Shown here piece after piece: positions 1 to 10,450 of a DNA stretch of 64,000 bases. The notes under the pieces were generated by a model. The model saw nothing but the letters and a program-made list of their open reading frames with translations. It was not told where the DNA came from and searched no databases. Source of the stretch: a virus. Lineage: Duplodnaviria; Caudoviricetes. The stretch is from IMG/VR virus record IMGVR_UViG_3300013383_000001, positions 32,001-96,000 of that record; one strand, 5' to 3'. Numbering within the stretch: the first letter of the stretch is position 1; each line of letters starts with the position of its first letter. Made by a program: the position numbers and the translations under genes.

Positions 1-2
1 TT

Positions 3-500
3 CCTAGTGAGATTACTTCAAGTAATGTTTCTTCAAAAGTATGCACAGATGTCATTTATAAATATCGAGGAATTGAAAACTTTTGGGGAGATTCACTTAT
101 AATAACTGATAAAGTTCTTGCTTACGGTCAGACATCAAATAGAGTAGTATTATATTATAATCCAAAATCTACTTCATACGAAGATCCAACAAACTACTCA
201 AATAACATAGCATACATAACTCCTTCTGGTACGACATATAAGTTTAATTATAATGAGTTTAAACAATTAAATGGAAGCAATCATTCATTGTTTCCCAGTG
301 ACACTTATGTCAGTTCGTCTTATTAGAAAATAGAATGGAGTTCAGGAACTAATAACGCAACAGTTGGATATTGTAATAATGTAAATAGTTATATGTTAGA
401 TATAAGATGTTCAGATTCAGTAACAAACGCACCTTCTAATGTGAATTTTACATCAGTGTATAGATCTATGGTAATACTTGATAAAGAACCTACATTATGA
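3..500 (+). CDS. 5'-truncated tail fibre/receptor-binding protein, C-terminal part (paralog of 7236..9077)
   Basis: Frame 3 is open except for an in-frame TAG at 324. It contains KYRGIENFWGD, similar to NRYRGFED in 7236..9077. TGA at 498-500 overlaps the next ATG (ATGA). Confidence 0.65.
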
Positions 501-1321
501 TATTAAATAATAAAACTTTCTCAGAAAGAAGACCTTTGAAGTATTATCATAAAGGTAATACATATACATATAACTTCAATATAGAAAAGGATACACAACC
601 TACATATACTGAAGTAGATGGTCAGATAGAAGTAGGATCTAAGAATGGATATTCTTATGTACCTATTGTAATTACATCTATAATAGTTCCTGATTATAAC
701 GAATGGGTTAAAGCAGTAATAAGAAAGTATATATCAGCTGAAGATGAATTTAAGTTGATCAATTCACACAATATGTACCAGCTGGGTGTTACTGATACTG
801 TAAAAGATTATCAAGAATACTTGGAACTTGTAGATTGGATTAAAGGTATTGTAAGAACAGATTTCAACCATCAATCTTCTGATAAGGTTAGTTCAGAACC
901 TAAACAATCTGATATAATTAAATTGATACAAATGACCATAGATACAATGGATTTAACTGATCAACAAGCATTATCTGTTAAATCATTATATCCTGAATGG
1001 GAATCGTTTATAGGAGAAACTATTCAGAAGGATACTAAAGTAAAATACGAGAATAAACTATTCAAAGTAGTTCAGTCTCATTTAGTACAAGAACAGTACC
1101 CTCCTTCTATTGAAACTGCTTCTCTTTATACAGAGATAGTAGAAGACCACAAAGGAACAAAAGATGATCCTATCCCATACCCTGCAGATGGTAATATGGT
1201 GATCTATAATGGTAAGTATTATTTAGAAGATAATATTCTTTATAAGTGTATAAGAGATTCAGGTAATCCGTTGTATGCTCAATTAAAGAATCTAGTAGGA
1301 ATTTATGTTGAATTAGCATGA
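497..1321 (+). CDS. Fibre-associated protein with C-terminal carbohydrate-binding-like (CBM5/12-type) repeats
   Basis: 274-aa ORF with no TAG. C-terminus LYPEW...KVKYENKLFKVVQSH...GTKDDPIPY...GKYYLEDNILYKC resembles short Trp/Tyr-rich chitin-binding-type repeats. N-terminus resembles that of 9070..9798. Confidence 0.6.
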   Translation: MILNNKTFSERRPLKYYHKGNTYTYNFNIEKDTQPTYTEVDGQIEVGSKNGYSYVPIVITSIIVPDYNEWVKAVIRKYISAEDEFKLINSHNMYQLGVTDTVKDYQEYLELVDWIKGIVRTDFNHQSSDKVSSEPKQSDIIKLIQMTIDTMDLTDQQALSVKSLYPEWESFIGETIQKDTKVKYENKLFKVVQSHLVQEQYPPSIETASLYTEIVEDHKGTKDDPIPYPADGNMVIYNGKYYLEDNILYKCIRDSGNPLYAQLKNLVGIYVELA

Positions 1322-1716
1322 GAAAATTACTTTTGATAATTCCTTTATTGTTTTTATTGGCAGCTTGTTCAGTTAAAAAACAAATTGTAGAAGTTCCAGT
1401 ACCAGTAGAAACAGTAAGAACAGAATATATACATGATACTAAAATTGATAGTGTCTTTGTAAGAGATAGTATCGATAGATGGATGAAAGGTGATACTTTC
1501 TATATATATAAAGAGCATACTAAATATAAGTATCTTTTTAAAACAGATACTTTGGTTAAGGTAGATAGTATTCCTAAAATAATTAGAATACAAACCACAA
1601 AAGAAGTGAAAGTAAATTATATTACTTGGTATTAGAAAACTCTAATGTGGATTGGCGCAATAATTTCATTACTTGTAATTGCATATATAATATGTAAATT
1701 AAAGAAATGGATATAA
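1318..1716 (+). CDS. Lipoprotein, probable unimolecular spanin (132 aa)
   Basis: Signal peptide with lipobox LAAC and a beta-rich middle. Reading through TAG 1633-1635 adds a C-terminal TM helix (LMWIGAIISLLVIAYIIC) and a basic tail, ending at TAA 1714-1716. Confidence 0.7.
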
Positions 1717-1761
1717 GTATATTTTGAGTTGTAGATCTATAATTAAATTAATATTTTTATT

Positions 1762-2706
1762 ATGGCTGAGTTAATAAAAATTCGTCAACGTGGTACAAAA
1801 GCAAGTTATCTTCCTGAAACCACACATAAAGATGTAATTTACTTTACTACAGATACAAATGAGATTTATCTTAATGGATAGGTTTATGGAGGATCTTCTG
1901 ATATAAATACATCTATAAATGAAACTATTAATACAGAAGTTGCAGCTCGTAAAGCAGTTGATGGTATTGATGGTAATACTTATGTTGCTAATGCAGAAGC
2001 AAACTATATATCTGATGCAACATCTTTAAATAATGCAGATGTAAAGTTAGACACAGCTATTAAAGCAAATGCAACTGCAGTAGCTAATGCAAATAATACT
2101 ATCTCTACAGTTAGTACTTCTGTTGATACTATTAATGGTAAGATTCCTGAAGGTGCATCTACTACTAATAAACTTGCTACTGCTTCTGATGTTTCTACTG
2201 CTATAAGTACTGCGACTGGAAATATCAATGATTCTATCAATTCAGTTAAAGAAACAGCAGATGCTAATAAGGAAGTTATTGATGCTGGTGTAGTTACAGA
2301 GATTACGGCTCTTACTAAGATTGATTCTAATTATGTATTGTAGTACACTACTAATCTTGGTACACAACAGATAAATTTCAATCAACTTGCAGTAGAGTTT
2401 ATTAAAGATGGGATGCTTGATAATGTAGAACTTGTTAAACCTTCTACTAAGCCTGAAGATTTCGGAGATGGTGCATTTACTGCTAATCATCAGTATCTCA
2501 AGTTTACTTGGAATACAGCAGGTTCTAAAAAGATTCTATATGTAGATGTAAATTCACTCGTTGATGTTTACACTGCGGGTACTGGTATCACTGTAACAAA
2601 TAATTAGATTGCATTTGATAGTACTAATTATAAGCTCGTTACTGTTGCAGAGTATAATGATCTTGTAACACGAATAACTAATCTCGAAACTGTTACTAAG
2701 TGGTAA
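1762..2706 (+). CDS. Putative fibre protein (314 aa, TAG=Gln)
   Basis: ATG 1762 to TAA 2704-2706, including track ORF 2413..2607. N-terminal KDVIYFTTDTNEIYLNG motif, Ala/Thr coiled coil and a YTAGTGITVTNN fibre-type motif. Confidence 0.65.
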
Positions 2707-2707
2707 T

Positions 2708-3430
2708 ATGAATCTTAAAATTGAAATAAATCCTAGAAGTTATAAAGTAATTTTAAAAGATTCTACACCTGTTGGACAAGATGGGTATTTTAGTGAAGAA
2801 GCTATAAATCCTATCGGTTACAATAGGTTTAAAAAATCGGATACTATTTCAATAATCAAGGTTAGCTGCAATAAATCTGAAGTATGTATTTAGAAAGAAA
2901 ATTCTACATACACAGAAATAGATCTTCCTGAAGATGGAAGATTCACTGTAAATTATTACGTTCTGCCTACCCTTGAGTGGGTAGAACGTAATGTTTCAGC
3001 ACTTGATTTATATGCGAAAGTATATTGCGCAGATTTAGATAAAATCTATCTTTATAAATTAGAAGGAGGTAAATATCTTAAAGAAGAGATTAAAGTAGAA
3101 GATTTTACAGATATAGAACATTCTACTTTATCTTATACTACTGCACAATTCTTTTCTATTATAAACACAAGAGGTTGTTACCTTGATTTAGTAAAAGATT
3201 TGTTTGAATCTAGAGCATTAACAGGTTGCTTTTCTAAATCTAATATTGATCCTGAGCTTATTTTCAAAAGAGATTTAGCGTGGATGACATTAAATATAAT
3301 TGAATATTTAGTAGATTTAGGACAATTAGAAGAAGCACAAAGATATATTACTATTCTTTTTTAGAATTGTAATGGTATTTGTAAATCTAAAAATAGTACA
3401 AGCAATGGATGTGGATGCTCTCAAAAATAA
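2708..3430 (+). CDS. Crassvirus structural protein with Cys-rich C-terminus, possibly a tail hub component (240 aa)
   Basis: Open with TAG=Gln, ending CNGICKSKNSTSNGCGCSQK at TAA 3428-3430. The functional assignment is tentative. Confidence 0.6.
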
Positions 3431-3596
3431 AGTTATAGATGAATATAAAGAATTTATTTGTAAAGTAAACTAGGGATATAGACCTGATTATGAATTTATT
3501 CTTGAAGAGATTTCATTCATAAACGATATGGATGATTTAGATAGTGAATCTATGTTATAGTATTATCTTAATAACAAATGGCGGATACAATCTTAA
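3405..3596 (+). CDS. Small hypothetical protein (63 aa)
   Basis: MDVDALKNKVIDEYKEF... with two in-frame TAGs. Overlaps both neighbours and fills the gap exactly. Confidence 0.6.
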
Positions 3597-5338
3597 CTCC
3601 TGGAGATAATACTCAGGATACTCCTACTACTTCTGTTTATTTAATAACGGATAACTTTTTAAGCGAATTTGAAACTGAAGCAGCTAAGAAAGCAGCTCGT
3701 ACTAATCTCAATGTATTATCTGCTGATGATACATATACTAAAGATGCTATTGAAAATGTAGCACTTACTGCAGCTAAAGAAGTTGTTGAAGATTATTCTA
3801 ATAGTGCAGAGTTTATAACTCCTGCAAAACTTGCTGATCAGTTAATTAAATACGCTAGATTAGATGGTACATATCCTTTTACCAAGCCTTAGAAAGGTGT
3901 TACTCCTATTTCTGATGAAGATTTGACTACTAAGAATTATGTCGATCTTCTTATAAAGACTTGCCTTAAATCAGAAGATAAATAGATAATTGTTGATTAG
4001 GTAAAGCAATTGCTTCGTAGTTATGCACAAACATCTTCTGTTTATAGTAGAAGTTAGACTTACACTAAGACAGAAGTAGATGAACAATTAAATAAGTATG
4101 CTAAATTAGATGGAACAACTCCATTTAAAGGTATACAAAAGGGTATTTATCCAAAGGTTGGTAATGATTTAACTACTAAAAATTATGTGGATGATGTGAT
4201 GAAAAATCACAATAATGAAGCAGATCCTCATAGTTTTTATTCTACATTAGCAGATCGTTTGGATAAATATTATACTAAAACACAAACATATCCTCGAGAG
4301 CAACTTTATACAAGAGATGAAACAAAAGATATGGTAAGTAAAATTGCTGAGTCTATTGTTGATTCTGTACTTAAAGATGCTCAAGATGTAATTATAGATA
4401 AAGCTGTAGAAAGAGTTGCCTATAAAGGAGGATATGTAAAGCAAGATGGGTCTACTAAAATCGCTAAACCTTAGAAGGGTGTAGCTGCACAAGATGCTAA
4501 TGACTATGTAGTATTAAGTCAATTAAAATAGGTAGTATCTGATGTTAGTAGTAATATCAAATCTATAAGTAATGTATGGAAAACAAGTGGTCCTTCGACA
4601 GTTGTAGTAGGCAACATTAAAGAAGGAGATACTCTTGCTAACGAATATACTTTACAACAGATTATGGATAAGATATTCTATGGTAAGTATATATCTATTT
4701 CTCATGATGGTGATTATGTTTCTTTTGGAGAAGCAGTTACTGTAACAATTTGTGCTTACGGAGGAATTGATAATGTAGATACTGCATACATTGCAGTGAA
4801 TGGTAAGAAAGTTATGGATATTGATCCTGAAACTTTAAAGAATGGATGCTAGGAAGTTAATATTCCTAACTCTGGTGATACGGAAATGAAAATTGAGTTT
4901 GTAGTAAAAGATAAGAACGAAGTGGAGCATAAGGATTATTGTGTTGTAAAAACATCTGCACCCTTATTTACATTATGGATTCCTTTCTGGAAGGCTACGG
5001 CAGATTTAAATTGGGATTATATTACAGATGCTATTACAAACGATTCGACGAATAATAAGAAGTGGGATATAAGTCCTAATTCAACATCTTTAAAAACTGC
5101 TATAGATTTCAGTTCTTCAGATGGGACTTTATATACTCCTGTGATATTGATTCCTGAGAACTATAATGATCTTGAATCACTTAATATCACAACTTAGATA
5201 TTTAACAAGTAGGCATTTGATTATGTGTCTATTCCTATTGAGATTCCTAATGCTGGTACGTTGATTTATAAAGTATATAAATTTAAACAAGGTAATGCAG
5301 CATTTCACTCTAACATACAATATACATTTGAATCATGA
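3578..5338 (+). CDS. Tail fibre protein with three internal repeats (586 aa)
   Basis: Joins track ORFs 3578, 4187, 4664 and 4886 in one frame. Repeats have the form Y-x-[RK]-x-DG...[PI]QKG...D(L)TTKNYVD. TGA 5336-5338 overlaps the next ATG. Confidence 0.75.
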
Positions 5339-5793
5339 CGAATCCTGATCAAATACTTATGAATAGTATTCTTGCATCATTCGCAAGAGGTGGTGGATAC
5401 CCGTTGGAAGCATATTCTGTTTTTAAAACAGAAGAAGCAATGAAGAGCTTTTATTCTGTTCCTGAGAATAAAGCTACAATGTATGCTGGTATGCTTAGAG
5501 TAGTTCTTGATGGGAAGTCTGCATCTGGAGAATCATTAGGTCAACAATTATGGTGGTGTATTGAAAACTCTAACGGAGAATTAGAATTACAATTAGTTCC
5601 TACTTCTGGAGTATCTCAACAAGATTTGCAAGTAGCAATCACCACTTGTAAGAAATATACTGATGATAAAGTAAATGAAACTTCCACAGGTGCGTTAGAA
5701 GAACGTATACAAGCACTTGAAGATAAATTAAAGAGCTATGATGAATTGCTAGCTCGTATGACTAATGTTGAGGAAATATTAACTTGGGAATAA
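5335..5793 (+). CDS. Hypothetical virion/fibre protein with C-terminal coiled coil
   Basis: 152-aa ORF coupled to both neighbours; ends LEERIQALE...ILTWE. Confidence 0.65.
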   Translation: MTNPDQILMNSILASFARGGGYPLEAYSVFKTEEAMKSFYSVPENKATMYAGMLRVVLDGKSASGESLGQQLWWCIENSNGELELQLVPTSGVSQQDLQVAITTCKKYTDDKVNETSTGALEERIQALEDKLKSYDELLARMTNVEEILTWE

Positions 5794-6407
5794 TGGAAAG
5801 TTATAATCAAAATACAAGAACAGTTTCTGGAATAGAAGCAAATTATAGACCTTTTTCTACACATGCTGGATTAATATATTTTGCAATAGACACTGGTAAA
5901 GTATTTTTTAATGGTAAGAATTATTCAGGTTCTGCACCTACAGAAATAACAATTGTAGATAAAGTATCTGATCTTAAATATACTGGCAATATTCTTTACT
6001 ATGTAAAATCTACACAAAATATATATAAAGCTATTAAATCAGGTAATAATTATACATTTAGTACTTTATCTGAAGAGAAGCCTATTAAATCAATGGTTAA
6101 CTTAGATAATAGAGAACTTAATGTATTTGATGGTAAATTCTTTAAAGATCCTAAGTATATTAAAGTAATAATGGATTCCAATAACAGTTTCACTACTACA
6201 GACGCTTTAAATCTAAATCAATATATTAAATACAAAGGTACTGTATGTAAGGTAACTGGCGTAAAGGATGGTAAAATTACTATTGATAATACTTTAAAAG
6301 TAAAGGAAAATCAAACTATTACTATTGAACTCGGTGCAATACAAGGCGAATCTATAAAAATACTTCGTGAAGGGAATTTGTTCGCAGAAGCAGGTTTTGT
6401 AATATGA
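5793..6407 (+). CDS. Putative fibre/adaptor protein (204 aa)
   Basis: ATG 5793 overlaps the upstream TAA (TAATG). GLIYFAIDTGKVFFNG matches the N-terminal motif of the 1762 and 7236 genes. Confidence 0.6.
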   Translation: MESYNQNTRTVSGIEANYRPFSTHAGLIYFAIDTGKVFFNGKNYSGSAPTEITIVDKVSDLKYTGNILYYVKSTQNIYKAIKSGNNYTFSTLSEEKPIKSMVNLDNRELNVFDGKFFKDPKYIKVIMDSNNSFTTTDALNLNQYIKYKGTVCKVTGVKDGKITIDNTLKVKENQTITIELGAIQGESIKILREGNLFAEAGFVI

Positions 6408-6775
6408 ACTATATATTAGGTTTACTCATTTTTTTAGCAGTTGTGTTTATTTGGAGTTTATTCTTTAGATATAAGAAGTTGGATTTGATTTAGAAAGAAA
6501 CTAATCAAGTACTTCACGCAAATGAGAAAATGCTTGATACTTTAAATAATCACATTGAGATGTTTCACACATACTATTTAGATGCTATTGCCAAGCGTAG
6601 ATAGGAAGCTGAATAGTTATCTAAAGAAAATAAAGAACTCTAGATTAAGCTATAGGATGCTCAAGATGAAATTAAAATACATGTAGAAACTATAGCAGAG
6701 TTATCAAAAGAATTAAAATAGGTGCGATGTGATGTGGAAAATTGTGTAATGAGGGAACCTAAAGACGAATACTAA
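6404..6775 (+). CDS. Membrane-anchored coiled-coil protein (123 aa)
   Basis: Absent from the ORF track because of several TAGs. N-terminal TM, coiled coil and C-terminal RCDVENCVMREP. Confidence 0.7.
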
Positions 6776-6777
6776 TT

Positions 6778-7233
6778 ATGTTAGATACTATTATAACAAT
6801 TATCTCTACTATTGGTGTTACTTTAGGAGGATGGAAAGGAGTTGAATATCTTATAAACCGAAAGGCTAATAAACGTATTGCAACTAGTTCTGCTGATAAA
6901 TCTGACATAGAGGTGGAGAAGGGTAAATTGGAAGTTGAGAATATACGATTTGAAGGATTACTTGAAGTAAATCTTAAGTTAAATCAACTTTTAGAATCAA
7001 AAACTGCACGTATTGTAGAGTTGGAAACTAAGTGTGATAGACTTATTGATGAATCCTTGCAGAAGGACGAAAAGCACAATAAGGAAATATAGGAATTAAA
7101 ATTGAAGATAGATGAATTAAATAACAAACTGAGAGAACAAGATGCTAAGATTGCAGCATTGGAATCTCAATTTGCTATAAAGAGATGTGATATTACTAAA
7201 TGTAATAAACGTACACCTAAAAATAATTATTAA
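6778..7233 (+). CDS. Membrane-anchored coiled-coil protein, paralog of the upstream gene (151 aa)
   Basis: N-terminal hydrophobic helix and coiled coil. Reading through TAG 7090-7092 gives C-terminal RCDITKCNKRTP and TAA 7231-7233. Confidence 0.7.
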
Positions 7234-7235
7234 TT

Positions 7236-9077
7236 ATGGCAGTACCTGAAATACCTAATATTAGAAAAAAGGGATTAAAGAGTGCTTATGCTCCTAATGG
7301 TGAACATAAAGATGTAATATATTTTGCAACAGATACTGGTGAATTACTTTTAAACAATGTACCATATGCTAATGATATTCCTGAAGGTGGCTCTGAAGGA
7401 TAGATATTAATGTATGCTGGACCTCGTTAGGTTAAATGGGCAACCATTGAAGGAAGTGATGCAGTTACTGAGAATACGTATGCATACGGTGTAGAATGGA
7501 CTAAGAATCAATCATCTCCTATTTTAACTCGTATCGGTAATCTTTCTTTACATAAAACTCTTCCTATTCAATCTAAGTTAAAAGGGTGTGTTGCTACAGT
7601 TGATGGATAGATAAAATATTGGCTTAGATACAATAACTGGTTTTTGAAAGAAACCAAAGAAGACAATATAACTGTCGATAGTCCTGAGTTTGCTTCTTCT
7701 AATGACTTAACCAAAATCAATATACCTGAAATTACTAATAAAGGTTATTACGTTGGAACTGGTGTAACATTAATCGATTCTAGCAATAACTTTAAAGCAG
7801 CTGGATTCATTAAAAGTGTCTCTGAAAAACAATTAGCAGGAGGTAAAAAACAACTCACTATTGAATGGATTAAAAATAATGCTACATCTGATTTCTTCAC
7901 AAATGGAGGAACAATGGTGTTAGGTTCTAATCTTACTGGCAAAGATGGTGTTGTTAAAGTATATGTTCCAGAGTTCTACATTAAATCGAAGAATGTAGGA
8001 AATAAGAAACAAGTATTAATCTCCGAAAAAAAGATTGATAGTAGTTGGGAAAAACAACCTGCTTGTTTGGTGGATGCTTATCACTGCACCTTATGGAGAG
8101 GTGAACCTAATTCAGAATCTGACTTTTATACAGACGGACTTGAAACAAATACACTTGTGTCTGTTTCACATAATTTCCAAGAATCTTATAAAGGTGGAGT
8201 TTATAATGGAGATAGTACTGGTAATACACATCCTATTAGTGATTCTTGTTATGCAAAACCTATAACAGGTTTGAGTAGAGAAAATGCACGTACTTATGCA
8301 CAAAACCAACGTGCAGAAGGAGGTAATGGACATCTTTTGACATACAAAGAATGGAAGAATATTTTCTATTGGTTGTATGTAATTGAGTATGCTAATTTTA
8401 ATGTAAAAGATGTATATAGTGCAGATATAGACGGATATAAAGCAGGAGGTTTATTTAGAAATTATACTATAGATTCATTTACTGCTTTAACAACTAAGTT
8501 TAGTATGCCTGAAATATTTGCTCAATGCGGATCAACTGATATATTTGCTAATACTTCGTGTTCTTCTAAACTTACATTCTCTGTAGATGATGTTTCGTAT
8601 ACACTTCCTATAAATCGATATAGAGGATTTGAGGATATTTGTATGGAGTTTGGTACTATGTTGGATGGTATTGTTATAAATGGTACTAATGCAGATAGTA
8701 CTTTTAATATCTATATAAATGATTCTTCAGATCAATCTGCTAATTCTGATGATGTAACATAGTTAACATTGTTAGGTGCTTAGAGTGGAGGAGAAGCATC
8801 AATTAAAGAATTTACATTAGGTGATACTGCTGAATTACTTCCATTAGATGCTGATTCATCTGCTACAGTGACTACACATAAATGTTCTTTATTTACAGCA
8901 GATGATTTCGGTCCAAGTGCAAATAAATATGGGATATATGTCTAGGGGGGATGTAAAAATATTGGTAACGATACAGGTTTAGCTACAATGGATTGTACAA
9001 CAGATATAACAGATCCTGATGTTTGGAGTTATGGATTCAGAACAGTTGTAAATATAGACCCTATTGAAAATGTTTAA
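7236..9077 (+). CDS. Tail fibre/receptor-binding protein with C-type-lectin-like C-terminal region (613 aa)
   Basis: Extends track ORF 7644..8762 both ways through TAGs. Motifs YGVEW..SSPILTRIG, VYVPEFY, LYVIEYAN, YRGFED and terminal GFRTVV are typical of Bacteroidota phage receptor-binding proteins. Confidence 0.7.
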
Positions 9078-9798
9078 TATAAATGATAGTGCCTTTGAGC
9101 CTTAGAAATTAATTGAACTCGATAACGGAGATTATATTTATAACTTTGATATAAAACCTTACAATAAGGTAAAAACCGTTATTGAAGATTTTGAAAAGAA
9201 AGAAATCACTAAAGTTAGATATAAGTATTATAGTGTAACTATTAAAGGTGGATTTAATGTTGCAAATACATACGATGCACTTTTAAAGGCATATTATGTA
9301 GATGACGATAAAACATTATATGATGCTTTAAATTCTCCGTCAAAAACATCTGAAATGGAGTCTATAGCATCTGACCTGTACGATCAAGCACAAATACTTC
9401 TTGGAGTTATTGCAGAACCTACAGAATTAGAAACCGCAAAGAAAAAGATGATTAAGCGAATAAACGAATACGATGTATCTCCTGATGTAAATTCATTCTA
9501 TTTAAATGGATTGCAAGTATGGTTAGATAAATCTACTCGTGTTGGTTTAATGAACTCTTTAAATATAGAGAAGTCCTCAGGCAAAACTTCTTCTACATTG
9601 TGGTTTGGTAATATTAAACTGGAGATCAATATAGATACTGCTACACAAATGTTAAGTTCACTAGAAATATATGCTTTACAATGTTATAATAAGACTGCAG
9701 AACATAAAATGAATGTAAATAACTTATTTAGTGTATCAGAAGTAAATTAGTACGATTATACAAAAGGCTACCCAGAGAAGTTAACCTTTAATGTATGA
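9070..9798 (+). CDS. DUF4376-like tail fibre partner protein (242 aa)
   Basis: C-terminal YDVSPDVNSFYLNG..WLDKSTRVGLMNS...LEIYALQCYNKTAEHK...YDYTKGYPEKL. The YDY..GYP end appears only when TAG 9748-9750 is read through. Confidence 0.75.
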
Positions 9799-10268
9799 GT
9801 ACTTTTTCTTTAATATGTTGGATTATATCTATAGTAATTTATATTGCATATACTGCATATACTTACATTAAATATAAGCCAGACTGTATATCAGAAACAT
9901 ATTATAAATTAAAGAAACCTTATATATTTACTATATGGCTTCTATTAATTGGAGTATTAATATTCCCTTCTTGGGTGGAAATTACTAATGAAAACTATTA
10001 GTTCTTAAGTTTTCTATCTGTAGTTTCTTTAGCTATAGCAGGATTTGCTCCGAATTATTTAAAAGATAATAGGGTAACACATATATGTTTTACTCTTTTT
10101 GCTGTAGTATTATCTTTAATTTGGAGTATGGTAATGACAAACCATATTATATCCCTTATAGCATTTATAATAACTATATTATTAATCGTAGGAAAGTCTA
10201 AGAATATAATATTCTGGGTTGAAAACTTAGCTTTCCTAAATATATACTTATCCATAATATTCAAGTGA
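9795..10268 (+). CDS. Polytopic membrane protein (157 aa)
   Basis: Five to six hydrophobic segments after reading through TAG 9999-10001, including ISETYY and FWVENLAF. Ends at TGA 10266-10268. Confidence 0.7.
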
Positions 10269-10294
10269 AGCCGGGCATTTTGCTCGGCTTTTTT
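10268..10294 (+). terminator. Rho-independent terminator
   Basis: AAGCCGGGCA-TTT-TGCTCGGCTT stem followed by a T run, directly after the stop codon. Confidence 0.85.
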
Positions 10295-10332
10295 ACTATG
10301 TATACTATTTAACATTTCTTAACATCAAATTG

Positions 10333-10363
10333 TTTGTGAGTAACCTACTCCAGTATAAATTTG
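10333..10363 (+). promoter_or_regulatory. Bacteroidota sigma-A type promoter (-33/-7)
   Basis: TTTG (10333-10336), 19 nt, TAAATTTG (10356-10363) matches TTTG-N19-21-TAnnTTTG. It lies after a terminator and before ATG 10451. Confidence 0.75.
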
Positions 10364-10450
10364 TTATGAAACGTTAACAATATATTGCAATATGTTAGAT
10401 GAATAAGTTTCAAAGATTATCTTATTTTTAACTTACAAATTTATAAAACA

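Noticed and set aside
1-9100. A complete diversity-generating retroelement
   Set aside because: Only target-like genes are visible. I found no reverse transcriptase or template/variable repeat pair in the window.
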